NCBI RefSeq assembly: GCF_009914755.1
Contig: NC_060928.1
DNA from: the human T2T-CHM13v2.0 reference genome, Homo sapiens
Reading direction: 5' to 3' (one strand)
Length of the DNA: 64,000 bases
Positions 14,425-29,420 of this stretch are shown piece by piece. A program made the position numbers and the translations under genes. Positions within the stretch are counted from its first letter, which is position 1, and each line of letters opens with the position of its first letter. The notes under the pieces are model-generated. The model was not told the DNA's origin, made no database searches, and saw only the letters and a program-made list of their open reading frames with translations.

Positions 14425-15841
14425 AGATGGTCTCATTATGTCGCGCAGGCTGGAGCGCAGTGCTACAATCTCAGGCCACTGCAACCTCTGACTCCCATGT
14501 TCAAGCAATTGTCCTGCCTCAGCCTCTTGAGTGGTTAGGACTACAGGCGTGAGCCACCAACACCAGGCTAATTTCTGTATTTTTAGTAGAGACAGGGTTT
14601 CACCCTGTTAACCAGGCTGGGTTCTAAATCCTGGCCTCAAGTGATCCGCCTCCCTTGGCCTTCCAAAGTGCTGTCATTACAGGCATGAGCCACAGTACCG
14701 GGCCTGTAGGGTGTAATTTACTTATATACCAAACCTGTATATGTACCCCTGAACCTAAAATAAAATTTGGAAGAAAAAAATAGATTTTGCATCATTTTAC
14801 AGTCACAAAATTATTTTATTTTGCCCAGGAAAGACTATTGTTTCTTCATATTGTATACTCTGTGCTTACTAAAATTTTGTTGATATGGATAAAAGCAGAG
14901 CCATTCAAATTGTAAAGTTATTTGTAGAGTAGTGCTGCAGAATTGTAAATGCCTCATCCTGATATTGTATGATATTCAATTTCAGAATAAACTAAGTCCT
15001 GTAAGAACATTTGGCCCAGATGTTACTAAAAATAATTGTTGCTCTAAAATTTCACACAGAGAATAACATTCCATGGTCTTCTACTGTTATGCACTATTGC
15101 TTCATTTTTCCATTTGGGATTGAAAAGGAGAAATTTAGAAAAATATTTTAAAAGGATATATATTCTTGCTTTATAACCTCCAATATTCTGCTTCAGTTAA
15201 ATCTAAATTGTTGTAAAGAGACAACTGTATACTTGTGTTTAAGCACTCATCTGATTAAATTGTTTGAAATTTAAGTTGGAAAGAGACAAGTCCACCTAAA
15301 GACAGATAGTAGGTAGCATACTATATGTTAGGACATGGAGCTAGTACAAGTAGGTTGGAAGGACAGAAAGTGATCTGTAGCAGCTGGATGGGAAGACTAG
15401 CTTCGTTTGGACATGGGACAGTTTGAAAGGTGGTCTTACTTTCAGTTTGAACCACAAGAGAAGCAGAAAGAGGCTTGGTTGTTCTGATAGTGAAGGAAAT
15501 TCCTTAGAAGTTCTACTGAAGAAAGCCTTGGAATACAGAATTATAAAAAGTTTTAAACAGAATAAGCCAAACATGAGGTAGTGGGTAAGGGGAGGAAATA
15601 ATACGCTGAAATGCCAATCTTTAGACCATAGTAGCTCTAAAATCTAGACCGCTAGAATATTGGATTGAACAGACAGCTGGCTGGAGATATCTGATTTTAG
15701 AGATGTCAGGGCAATTTTTGCAAGATAAATCTGATAGGTCAAAATTAGAGTAGTTTAAGCAGTGACTACTCTCATTTACACTTAATGATTAGTTTTGATG
15801 ATACGTGATGCACCTAGGTGCCTATATATTTTTTCTTTTAA

Positions 15842-16155
<314 letters not shown>

Positions 16156-16169
16156 GAATGATTTATGTT

Positions 16170-17640
16170 TTAAAATACATAATAGACTGTCCCAAATTCA
16201 AAAGGTTCAAAAGGATAAATAAGTCTTTCTTTATCCCTGGTGCTCCAGTTCTCCTCCTCAGAGACAACTGCTGTTTTTAATTCCATGTGTGCCTTCCGAG
16301 TATATTGTATGACTATATATACATAGATATAACTTTTAAAACACAAATTGTAACATACTACATATGCTATTCTGTGCCTTTTTTCATTTAACATGTCTTG
16401 AAGATTATTCTCTGTCAGTACATACAAAGTTGCCTTATGCTTTAAAGAAATGTTTTATTATGAAAAAGTTCAGACATACACACAACTAGAACGTATAATG
16501 GACCCCCAGGTAGCCATTACCCAGTTCAATGCATATATCAATATTTTGACATTCTTACTATGTATTAGATGATATTAAAAATTATTAACTTTGTTAGGTG
16601 AGATAGTGGTTTGGTGGTTATATTTAAAAAATGTTCTTAGAGAAGCATCTTGAAATATTTATGACTGAAATGATATGTTCTCTGACGTTTGAGATTTACT
16701 TTAAAATATATCAGAAGAAAAAAGTATGCGTGGAAGGAATAGCTTGAACCAAGATTGGCAAAATGTTGAAGTTAAGTGCATGCAGATTCATTATATCATT
16801 TTCTCTGCTCTTGTATATGTTAGAAAATTTCTATAATAAGAAATATATTTGCCAATCTGGTTCTATCTATAGCTCTCCCCCTTTTTTGGAAGTATTTAAA
16901 AATGAATCCTAGATATTATGTAATTTCATCCATAAATACTTCTGTATGTTTTTCTAATATTATAAGGACTTAAAAAAACACTACAAAGCCATTATCATAT
17001 CTCAGAAAATTAACAGTAATTCTTAGTATAATCCAATATCCAGTCCATTTTCCAATTGCTCTGATTTTCTCAAAAATGTCTTTTTGCAGTTGGATTGTTT
17101 AAGAGTCAAATTAGGTCCACATATGGCATGTCTTAGGTCTTTCTTGATCTTTAATAATCAGATATTTTAAAAAATCAGATCTTTAAAAAACAGACACTTG
17201 TTTCTTTGAGAAACTGGCTCATCTATTCTGTAGAAGGCCCCACCTTCTGGATTTGACTGGTCGTTTCCTCCAGGTGTGGTTCAACTTGTTCCTCTATCCC
17301 TTATATTTGAGTCTTGATTAGATTTAGGTTCAGTATATTTGCCAAGACTCCTTCATAGGGGGTGCTTGCTCTGCTCTTCCTGCTGTATCATCTCAGGAAA
17401 CCCATATTTCTCATGTTTCACTTTGAGTGATACTAAGATTTAGGAGAGGATTTGGGTGGTGTCAGCCTCATCTACCATCGACATTTCACTTGATGTTTTT
17501 GGCATGCAGTGATTATTAATGACTGAGTCCATTATTCCATTAGGGATTACAAAACGATTTTTAAATTCTTACATTCTGTTTATACTTATTACTTGGAATT
17601 GTTCTACAAAGAAGTTTCCCTCATGACTTTTTGATAAACC
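16170..17640. mobile_element. Cluster of ancient L1M (L1MC/ME-like) 3' fragments in both orientations
   Basis: Degenerate L1M 3'-end motifs (ttttattatgaaaa.ttcagacatacac; ttcattatatcattttctctgctcttgtatatgtt). Confidence 0.55.
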
Positions 17641-17879
17641 AAAGTATACAGTTGGCTTATTCTTTTTAACAACCACATAGCATTTTATTCTACTATAATT
17701 TAATTGGTCATCTATTATTTAAAGTATTTGCTCTTTTTGGTTTGTTTATATTTTTTCCAACTGTATTTTCTCATATACTTATGCATTTATAATGAATAGT
17801 AAACTATATAATTTTATAGTTATATTTTAATGGAAAAATAATTATCAGACTTTTTCACTCTGTGTGTATGAATTTAGTA

Positions 17880-18120
17880 TAAATATAAGAGGCCAGACCT
17901 GTATTTTAACCCTTGGTTGGTTACTTATTTATCATATGATGATGGGGAAAATTATCCTTTCTTTTTTCTTTCCTTCAATTTATTAGTTCTAAGCCTCATT
18001 TTCTTAATTCATATACTGAGAATAATAACCAATTTCTGGATGGTTTTAAGGATTAAATTAAAAAACTATCAAAATGCTTGGTAAAGTTCCTAGCATAGAG
18101 TAAGTGCTCATTAAAATGAA
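17880..18120 (+). mobile_element. MIR
   Basis: aagcctcattttcttaat..aggattaaat..cctagcatagagtaagtgctca. Confidence 0.65.
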
Positions 18121-18404
18121 CTTTCTGCTAAAATTTGAGGAATAGATGGAATAGCACATGCAAATTCTGTTGGATAGGGCTTAGCAAATAGATGTTCAAT
18201 AAATAGTGCCACTTTTCTCCATTTCTTAATTTTTCCCCAATCTTAGTAGTAATGAATATTACTTTTTTTCCCTAGGCTGTTTTCAGGAGTAATAAATAAA
18301 TAGACCTTAGGTGCCCTGAGGTTTTTGCTGTGAAGGGTCATTCTGTTGGCCTTTATGGAGACTTATCTGGAATTGCTGGGTCACAGCTTTCTATCCTGGG
18401 AGGC

Positions 18405-20740
18405 TGATATGGTTTGGCTTTGTGTCCCTACCCAAATCTCATCTCAAATTATAATCCCCATGTGTTGAAGGAGGGACCTGATGAGAGGTAATTGGATCAT
18501 GGGGGCAGTTTCCTCCATGCTGTTCTCATGATAGTTTGTGAGTTCTCATGAGAGCTGATGGTTTTAAAGTGTGGCACTTCCTCGCTCTCTCTCCCTCCTG
18601 CCACCTTGTGAAGAAGGTGCCTTGCTTCCCCTTCTGCCATGATTGTAAGTTTCCTGAGGCTTCCCCAGCCATACAGAACCTCTTTTATTTATAAATTACC
18701 CAGTCTCAGGTAGTATCTTTATAGCAGTGTGAGAAAGGACTAATAAAGAGAATTGGTACCAAGGTAGTGGGGCACTGCTATAATGATAACCTGAAAATGT
18801 GGATGTGACTTTGGAACTGGGTAACAGGTAGAGTTTGAAAGAGTTTTGAGGGCTCAGAAGAAGACAGGGAGATGAAGGAAAGTTTGGAACTTCCTAGAGA
18901 CTTGTTGAATGGTTTTGACCAAAATGCTGATAGTGATATGGACAATGAAGTCCAGGCTGAGGTGGTCTCATATGGAGATGAGGAACTTATTGGGAACTGG
19001 AGTAAAGGTCACTCTTGCCATGCTTTAGCAAAGAGACTGGTGGCATTTTGCCCCTGCACTGAAGATGTGTGAAACTTTGAACTTGAGAGAGATGATTTAG
19101 GGTATCTGGCAGAAGACATTTCTAAGCAGCAAACCATTCAAGAGGTGACCTGGTTTTTCCTGAAAGTGCACAGTGATATGTGCTCACAAAAAGATGACTT
19201 GAAATTGGAACTTATGTTTAAAAGGGAAACAGAGCATAAAAGTTTGGAAAATTTGTTGCCTGACCATATGGTAGAAAAGAAAAACCCATTTTCTGGGGAG
19301 AAATTCAAGCCAGATGCATAAATTTGCATAAGTAACAAGGAGCCAAATGTTAATCACCAAGAAAATAGGGAAAATGTCTCCAAGGCATGCCAGAGGTCTT
19401 CAAGGCAGCCCCTCCCATCACAGGTGCAGAGGTCTAGGAGGATAAAATGGTTTCATGGGCCAGGTCCAAGGCTGCTCTGCTCTGTGCAGCCTTGGGACAG
19501 GGCACCCTGCATCCCAGCAGCTCCAGTTCCAGCTGTGGCTAAAAGGGGGCCCATGTACAGCTCAGTCTGTTGCTTCAGAGGGTGTAAGCCCCAAACCTTG
19601 GCAACGTCCATGTGGTGTTGGGCCTGTGGGTACACAGAGGCAAGTGTTGAGGTATGGGAAGCTCTGCCTAGATTTCAGAGGATGTATGGAAATGCCTGGA
19701 AGTCCACATGAAAGTCTGCTGCAGCTGCAGGGATGGAGCCCTCATGGCGAACCTCTGCTGGGGCAATGCAGAAGGGAAATGTGGGTTTGGAGACCTCACA
19801 CACAGTCCCCACTGGAGCTCTGCCTAGTGAAGCTGTGAGAAGAGGGCCACCATCCTCCAGACCCAAGAATGGTAGATCCACCAACAGCTTGCACTGTGTG
19901 CCTGGAAAAGTGCAGGCACTCAATATCAGCCCATGAAAGCAGCCTCAGGGGCTGTACCCTGCAGAGCCACAGGAGTGGAGCTGCCCATGGCCTTGGAAGC
20001 CCACCCCTTGCATCAGCATTCCCTGGATGTGAGACATGGAGTTAAAGGAGGTTATTTTGGAGCTTTAAGGTTTAATGACCACCTGGCTGGGTTTTGGATT
20101 TGCATGGGTCCTGTGGCCCCTTTGTTTTGGCCAATTTATCCCATTTGGAATGGGAACATTTACCCAATGCCTGTACCTCATTGTATCTTGGAAATAACTT
20201 GCTTTTGATTTTACAGGCTCATAGGCAGAAGGGACTTGCCTTGTCTCAGATTAGACTTTGCACTTAGACTTTTGAGTTAATGCTGGGATGAGTTAAGACT
20301 TTGGGGGACTATTGGGAAGGCATGATTGGTTTCAAAATGTGAAAATGACATGAGATTTGGGAGGATCCAGGGGTAGAATGATATGGTTTGGCTCTGTGTC
20401 CCCACCCAAATCTCATCTTGAATTGTAGTCCCCACATGTTGAGGGAGGGACATGGTGGGAGGTGGATCATGGGGGCAGTTTCCCCTGTGCTGTTCTTATA
20501 ATAGTGAGTGAGTTCTCATGAGAGCTGATGGTTTTAAAGTGTGGCACTTCCTCATTCTCTCTCTCTTTCCTGCCACCTTGTGAAGAAAGTGCCTGCTTCC
20601 CCTTCCCCTTCTGCCATGATTGTAAGTTCCCTGAGGCCTCCCCAGCCATGCAGAACTGTGAGTCAATTAAACCTTTTTTATTTATAAATTATCCAGCCTC
20701 GGGTAGTATCTTTACAGCAGTGTGAGAATGGACTAATACA
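18405..20740 (+). mobile_element. Complete THE1 (THE1D-like) MaLR provirus: LTR 18405-18747, internal region, LTR 20379-20740
   Basis: Both LTRs start TGATATGGTTTGGCT; internal region starts gagaattggtacc; perfect 5-bp TSD GAGGC at 18400-18404 and 20741-20745. Confidence 0.95.
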
Positions 20741-20930
20741 GAGGCCCTGCTGCATACTGGGAAATGCCTGCTTTTCAGGCAGTCCCAATCTGGAAAGGCT
20801 CAGATGGAATGCAAACAGCACTTCATTTAACCCTGAGTTGTGGAACTAGAGTGAATGTTCCTCTCCTTCTCTCTCTTGGACTTCCTACCTCATCCTTGGT
20901 TTCCAGTTCATTGTTAGGATTAGAAAGTTA

Positions 20931-21227
<297 letters not shown>

Positions 21228-22354
21228 TCACAATACTACCGTTTCTCCTGTGCCTTTGGTATTTCACTTTCTCATAGGTTCTTCATCTTTGTAACATCTT
21301 AGGCCTTAGCTTTAGTCTTCAACTTTCCCCTATCAAATAATGGCCAATTTTTCCTCTTTCCTCTGTGGACTTCTGGCATCTTCTCTTCTGTTCCTTTCTC
21401 CCCTCCTTTTGTAATCTTTCCATTCTCAGAAGCACCATCTGTCCATGAAGACATTTTGCACCCCTCGTTTGGTAACACTTTGTCCATGTGATGGATAGAG
21501 CTAGCCTTTCTCAGCATTACCTCATTTCTTTTTCCTATGTTTCTAGGTAATAGCTGACACATACTGTACTTTCATTCACAGGTCCCAGTTTTAAAATATA
21601 CAGAAGGCAGAAAGGTTAAGTGATTTGAAAATGTGTGCTGAAGATAATATAGTATCAGCACTGTAAACTGGAAAAGAACAATTGGCTCCCTGATGCTCAG
21701 GATCAGGCTTTTTTTTTTCAATGAAATCTGCTGATGGAGCATACACATATTTTAGTGACAGCCTGGAAAACAAGAGCCATTTTTGGTCATTCTAGTGCAT
21801 TCCTTCTATTTTGATGTAAGGTTATTATGAATATGTGCTGAGTCTTTAAAGAGTAGATGATACCAAATATTTTGACAAATTCGAATGGTTTTCCTAATGT
21901 ATTAAGGTGTGGTTTGGATAAAATGAATGCCATTCTGTGTATTAATTCAGATTTGGAGCATCAAAAACTATCACAAAATGGCACTGCTTCTCAAATAAAA
22001 GGTGAAGTGTAAAGTAAAGGGAAAACATCAAAGAACAAGGAAGCGGCTTATTTTTTCAATTGTTTTACAATTAATCCATGATATGTCAGTTCAGATGTCA
22101 ATGACCAGCTTTAAGGCAATAATGATCCATGTCTGCTCTTTATCCTGGGTATAGAGATTTTTTGATTGAAGGATGACTTTAAAGAGAATTATATGCAACA
22201 GTTGAAATTTTGCCTTGCACATTCTTTGTACCATATTTTTCCTTCAGGGAAAAACCTCTTAAAAATGCCTATTTGTAATCTTTCTTGGCCAGGTTTGTAC
22301 TCTTCTGTATGTTGAGCTATGGCCTATTGTTTCCATTCATTCGATAATAATTGT

Positions 22355-22610
22355 GATTCATTTGATAATAATTTATTAAGCAATTACTATATGCTAGGTC
22401 TTGTGCTATGTGCTGGAGGTACAAAGATGTATAGGACATGGTCCTGGTCCTTGTCCTTCCTCTAACAGCAGGCTTTAGATCAAACATCTCTGCTTGAATT
22501 AACAGGGTTTCCCAGTGTGGTTTGTAGATCAACTGCATATTCAGCTACTGAATCAGAATCTTGGGATGGACTTAGGAATCTGTATTTTCATCTGATGACT
22601 CTTATGCACT
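22355..22610. mobile_element. L2 3'-end fragment (-) and MER5-like fragment
   Basis: ttcatt..tttattaagc..tatgctagg; ctactgaatcagaatc..ggaatctgtatttt. Confidence 0.55.
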
Positions 22611-23009
22611 GGCCCAGGACATGGTAGGAGTGAGGTAGTTAATAGGGAGATACAGTGATACAGCACATTCCTCAGAGAGAGCTTCCATTCAGCTTTGATA
22701 TTTCTGGGAGTTTCCTCAGAAGGGGAACAATTTGCCTGGCTTGAAGGTTCCTCTGGAGGTGGCAGGCTGAAGTGCTACTGTAAATTCTAGAATGGTGCAA
22801 ATTCTGTCCTCCAGAAAATCAGTTCTGGATCAAGGGGCAGATTCTGGGTTAGGTTGGGAGTGCTGGATGCGGGGATAAGGGCCACAGGCTTATATACCCA
22901 GAGGGTCCATAATGTAGCCCCTGGGGTGTCCAAAGAGGAAGAATATAGCTGACAGCTAATACAATTAGGATTCATTTAGGGACGGAAAAATGCAAAGATA
23001 AAACAATAA

Positions 23010-23225
23010 GAGTTAACACATATACAATGTCTTATATGCCTAAGTGCTGTGCAAAGCACTTTGCATAAATTAATTAATCCTAATAATAATCCTATGAGGT
23101 GAGTCTAGTAGCATCATCCTCATTTTACAGATAAGGAAACAGAGAAGTTAAGTAATTTGCTCAAAGTCACACAGTATAAGCCAGGATTCCAACCCAGGGA
23201 GTGTGATGCAGAATGTAAGCTCATT
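23010..23225 (-). mobile_element. MIR
   Basis: cctcattttacagataaggaaacagag..aagtaatttgctcaaagtcacacag. Confidence 0.8.
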
Positions 23226-24335
23226 CAGCTGCCTCTTAGAAGCATCATCATTTAAAATGCAGAAAGTACAGTGGGGGTTTAAACTCACATCTTTCCTGCT
23301 GTTATATACTTGAGTATCCATATCTTTCAGCTTTTCACCAAAATAATACTTTCCCTTCCCCACAAGGAACACTTCTGGAAGTCCTGACAACTGCCTTCTT
23401 AAATGCCTTCAGGGCTGGTTTCTTCTGTTTTAGAGAAGAAATTACACCCTTCCCTTTGCTGTTACCTTGTAATCTAGATGCATATGAAAAGCCCCTTTAC
23501 AGCAGATCTGGTCCTTCACTGCCTGAAGACTGGATGCACTATTTTTAGAGACAAAGCCACAATATCTTAGTCTTTAAGCAAGTGTGTGATACAAGAAAAC
23601 GCACAGTGCATATTTAGAAGGCTGAACAACTTTTCAGTTTCTTTTTTAAAATTTTAATTGCAGATTGGGTGTCTGAAGGCTTTCATGTTATACGTTCAGT
23701 AAATATGGGTCATTAATAAAAAGTTGAAAAAATGTTAACAAGGGAAAATACATTTGAGGCAAGTCTGAGCTTCCAACAGGGAGAGTTATTTGACCTGAGT
23801 TCTTTTTCAGGAGCTATGTAACATTATTACATATTGAGCTGATGATAGACATCTGGCATGCAAACAGATCTGAAGGTGCATTGAATCAGAAGGAAAACTG
23901 TGGACTGTGAGATGGTTCTCTCTTATTCTGTAGAATGAAGAGTGAGAGGCTGCCATTTCTTGGAAATTATGCCCAAATGGCCTGACAAATTGGGCTTTAT
24001 CCTGGCTTCCTTGTTTGGAGAATTAAACCCACAAAACATTATCTTACTGACCGAATCATTCTTAGGTATAGGTTTGCTCCATAAACTCTTACTCTTCCAT
24101 TCAACAAACACCCTCGCCTAGCTGTGTCCGCACTTGTAGCCCTACCACAGGGCAAAGTTACTTCTAGCTATGGACAGATACATGAAGTTCTCACAGAAAT
24201 GACTGTTGACCCCACTGAAAATCCAAAAACAAATTATTTTTATTAATTTAAAGTAATTATTTTCCCATTAAAAATAATATGTGCTTCTTATTAAACAAAT
24301 CCAATAGAAGAAGACGTCTTTGAAGAGGTGAATGA

Positions 24336-24701
<366 letters not shown>

Positions 24702-24790
24702 TAAAATAACATTCCCACTGAAGAAAGCAATAGTTTAAATCTCTGAAAAATAGAGTAATGATTCGTAAGAGTTATTCCTTTACCTTAATC

Positions 24791-25119
24791 CAGTGGTCCC
24801 CAACCTTTTTGGCACGAGGGACGGGTTTCATGGAAGACAATTTTTGCATGGACTTGGGGGCGAAGAATGGCTTCAGGATGAAATTGTTCCACCACAGATC
24901 ATCAGGCATTAGTTAGAGATTTTCATAAGAAGCCCGTAACTTAGATCCCTTGCATGTGCAGTTCACAATAGGGTTCGTGCTCCTATGAGAATCTAATGCC
25001 ACCACTGATCTGACAGGAGGTGGAGCTCAGGCCTAAAGCTCGCTGGCCCACTGGCCGCTCAGCTCCTGCTGTGCGGCCCGCTTCCTGTTGGGCCGCAGAC
25101 TGGGGACTGGGGACCGCTG
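24791..25119 (+). mobile_element. MER1B (hAT-Charlie MITE)
   Basis: TIRs cagtggtcccca / tggggaccgctg; perfect 8-bp TSD ccttaatc at 24783-24790 and 25120-25127. Confidence 0.92.
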
Positions 25120-25138
25120 CCTTAATCTATTAAGCAAT

Positions 25139-25593
25139 TATATTAGTTTCTTGTTGCTGCTGTAACAAAGCTCTATTTAAGACAAAAGACATTTATTATC
25201 TTACAATTAGAGATCAGAAGTCCCAAATGGGTTTCACTAGGGCTGAAAGCGAGGTGCCCGCAGGGCTGTGGGCTCTCTGAAGGCTCTAGGGAGAATCTGT
25301 TTTCTTTCCTTTTCCTCTAGTTGCCTGGGGACAACCGTCTTCAAAGCACACCACTCCAACCTCTGGTTCTGTTGTCACATCACCTTCTTCCTCTTTGACT
25401 CTCTTTCCTTTCTCATATAAGGAGCCTTGTATTACATTGGGTCCACCTGGACAATCCAGGATAACCTCCCCAACTCAAAATCCTTAATTTAATCACACAT
25501 GCAAAGTCCCGTTTGCCGTATAAAATGACATTTAAGGGTTCCAGGGATTAGGTGATGGACATGTTTGAGGAGTTGGTGTTATTTAGCCTTCAC
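25139..25593 (-). mobile_element. MLT1 (MaLR) LTR
   Basis: tattagtttc..gctgctgtaacaaa..aggctctagggagaatc..ataatc/acatgcaaagtcc. Confidence 0.75.
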
Positions 25594-28422
25594 GGAGATG
25601 TACAACTCAGATTTGCTAAAAGATTTTGTGTACTAGAAATTTATATTAAATTAGCACTTCTTCCTCAACTCTTTTTTTCTGTTTTCATCCCAAGTACCCA
25701 AAGCTCCATTAAGATCTCACATTTGATTTATCTGAGAACTCTCAACAGTGGTATGAAGAGGCTGCGAGAACAACATTTTCCAAACAGAAACTCTAGTGGC
25801 CCAGCAATGTTAGGAGGTGTTCTATGTTAAAAAGTGTTCTGATTTAGATAAGATTAAAAAACAAAACATTGCATGTGCCATTCCACCCACCTTCATCTTT
25901 AATACACATTAGCATATGGAAAAGGTACTGAGAATTCTATTGTCTGTGATTCCCAAGTGCGTTTTTGCACTTGGGAAAAAATGCAATTTTTCCCAAAATG
26001 AATGAATTTCCCAAAAAATGAAAATTTTTTTTCTTTTTCTCTCTTTTTTAGAATGCTTATGGATCACCTCAAGGAATACCAATGTATTATGTTTGAGAAA
26101 TGTTGTCCTTAATGTATTATAGTTTTTCGTTCTAAAACTTAACTACGTTACCCTGAAAAAATAAATACAAAAGGCATATTGGAGCTGATTCTAAATATCT
26201 TCTAAATGACAGCTCTCCTGTTTAATCTTCCTTCTACCTATGCAGAACTTAGGTTTTTTTGGACTTTAAAGCAATTGACTCTCAAAACCTAATGCTACAA
26301 AAACCTTGGTTCTGTAAATAAGTATTTAGAATAATATTATATGCATACAACAATTTTGTGCTAGACAACACAAAATTGTTCTGGAAAAAGTAAGATAATC
26401 CTTTGAATGTTTTTCAAGATGTGTGGAAAAATTTACTATTGTGAATAGTATGTCAGACTCACAGGACTGAAATATATCTTAAAAAGCTGTATTCACCATT
26501 TCCCTATTTTGAGAAGGTAAAGTGGTCGAGAATGGTACTTAATAACTTACATGATTCACCTGACAGCTCCCGACAATGGTGTGAAGAGGGCCTTAGCCTT
26601 CTCACCTGGGTTCATGATTGGACTACCCTTAGCATAGGGTGGCAATGCAATCTTTGCCAGATAAGACTTTCTTTGCACCTTCCTTGTCCCTTTCTTATGA
26701 CAACGATTATATTTTATCATACATTATTACTTACATGTTATCGCTTATCTGCCCAAAGTAAAGCTCTTGAAGGCAAGGGCCATAACTGTACCCCTCATGA
26801 GGCCTGGCTTTTCCTTTATCAGGAACTGTGCCAATGTTTGCAAATGAGTGACTTAGGATGGAAATTTTAGCAATGTCAGGTGTGTACTTCAATCATCCAT
26901 CAGTTGATCCATCCATGTATACTTTTTTCTACTTAAAGTTTAAGAAACTCACAAAAATATATGTAGAACAAGGAGAAAGTTAAATCAAAATAGGTAAAAT
27001 ACCTAAGGCAAAGGAAGACAAGGTTTGGAAAGTAAAATGGATTTAGGAGTGAGCCTAGTTCTTAAAAATATTTGTCATAAAATTTTATGCATCTGTAGGG
27101 GGAGGACATTGTTTGGTGTTAAGGTTACTAGGAGCCAGTGAAGAAAGCAATTGGTTATTTGATTTTTAGTATCCATAAAATTAAGATGTCAGTTGCTCAC
27201 ATGAATCATAGCTATTCCTAGAACCAGAATCAATGAGAAAATCCTCTCATGGGATATCAGAAGGAGTTTGCTGTGTAATATAAGGAATAACGTAAAAACA
27301 TATTCAACTTATCTTTACACCAAGCACAGCAACATATTTCAGAGAGAAATTTCTTATATCAGTCTTGGTTTATATGATAGTATCCCCACTGTGACGACGT
27401 AACTTAAATAAGAAGTACAGCTGTAGAAAGGAGTAGACATTGGTTCATAAAAATCCTACCATGCTAACAAAATTGCAAAACACTTATCAAAACTTTTTAT
27501 TTTGGTAAAATCTGTACTTAAAATATGAGTATAAAAGTTCACCAGCAAGTAAAAGAATGTGGAGTAATGCAACATATATTGCCTAATTATTAGAATAAAT
27601 AAATTGTAATCAACAGTATAATCAATTTTCTGAGGTTAGGGCTCAAATATTGATGAACATTATGTACTTAGGTGTTTTTTTTTTTGACTTTTCCCTGTAT
27701 ATATAACTTCAGGATGCAGCAAATAGGACTAGTTATTAAACAACAGGGACAAAGTTAGTTAAATATAGAATAGATTTCTTCCTTAGGTTGCAATTTAAGC
27801 TTCTTTTTAGTAGAAGGAAACTGACTCTAGTGAGATTTCATAGATACCAATTATCCCAGAAAATGATGACCTAAGAGGAAGGTGTGAGAATAGAAACCAA
27901 TTAATTAAGGGCAGGTACGTGGAGCCCTCTCCTGGGGTTGGGGAAGTTGAATGGAAGTGTTCTAACTGCAGGGATGTGATAGATGGAAATCGTGTGTCTT
28001 CTGGGAAATTAACTGACATTCACTTCCCTTCCTTTGTGTCTGTGTGGGTTTAATATTGCCATCATGTAATAGAGGCACCACCAATGTTAGTTTGGAAATA
28101 CCTGTCAACGTACAAGTATTTACTAAAAAAGTTTACAGAAATGTAGATTCTCAAGTTATTTTTAAATGTTGGTGATTTTCTTGGGATGTTGTCTTCACAT
28201 CGGTGGTTCTGGGGTAGGATCAAAACTTACCTTGACTTCCTTCCTTATTTCTGGTGTTATGACTGATGGGCGTGCCCAACCAGATCCAGGACAGTAAATA
28301 CATCCTCTTATTTGGTTTCTAATTCCTTTGAGTTACCATGGCTTTACTTTGCCCCACACTTAGGAATTTGGGCAAACCTGTATATGTTTTTCTCCATTTC
28401 TTCTTACTTCTTGAAACAGTAG

Positions 28423-28765
<343 letters not shown>

Positions 28766-29101
28766 CCTATTAACTTTTAATAGGCCATTCGTCCACCCTA
28801 TTACTTCACTGACATTGTTCTGGCCAAAGTCACGAAATTCATTAGCTTCTTTTTAATCTCCATCTTAGTTTCCTTCTGCCCCATTTTATATTCCTAAATG
28901 GGTCTTCCTTTTTGAAACACTCCTCTCCTCTCTCTTGATCTCTTCCTGTCTCTGTGGTTTTCCTTCTTTTCAGTCTCATCAAAGGGCCTCTGCTCACCTT
29001 TTAGACATTGGCTATTTATTATTGTGCTCCTTTAAGTTTCTTTTCTTCTTTTCCTGGGTAATCTCATTCATCCTCATGTTTCAATATATGTTGATGATCC
29101 C

Positions 29102-29420
29102 TGCATCAGTCAGAGTGAGGCTAAGCTGCTGTAACAAAGAGGTAGATGGGTCGTTTTGCCCATGAGGTCATCAAAGAACTCAGTTTTCATCTCTCTTGTT
29201 GCTCCACCATTCCCTAATGTGTTATCCTTATCTACAAAATCCGGAGTAGTTTAGCAGCACCATGTCTGTGTTCCAATATCCAGGAAACGAAGGTCAAGAC
29301 TTCCCTCCTGAGGAAGTGGTAAAGAACTTGTACACAACAGTTGTGCTGAAATTACATCGATGAGGATATAGTCACATGGCCATATGTAGCTTCAAGAGAG
29401 GCTGGGCAATCAGTAGTCAC
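29102..29420 (-). mobile_element. Old MLT1 LTR fragment within L2-like sequence
   Basis: agctgctgtaacaaa..gtcacatggcca..gcttcaagagaggctggg. Confidence 0.55.

Larger units (their letters stand above)
12961..14704 (-). mobile_element. Alu inside the L1 3' UTR, split by LTR12
   Basis: T-tail plus gagac at 12961-12984; body resumes at 14425-14704. Confidence 0.88.

Noticed and set aside
18872-20208. ORFs in the THE1 internal region
   Set aside because: Short, broken remnants of the MaLR internal sequence; no intact reading frame
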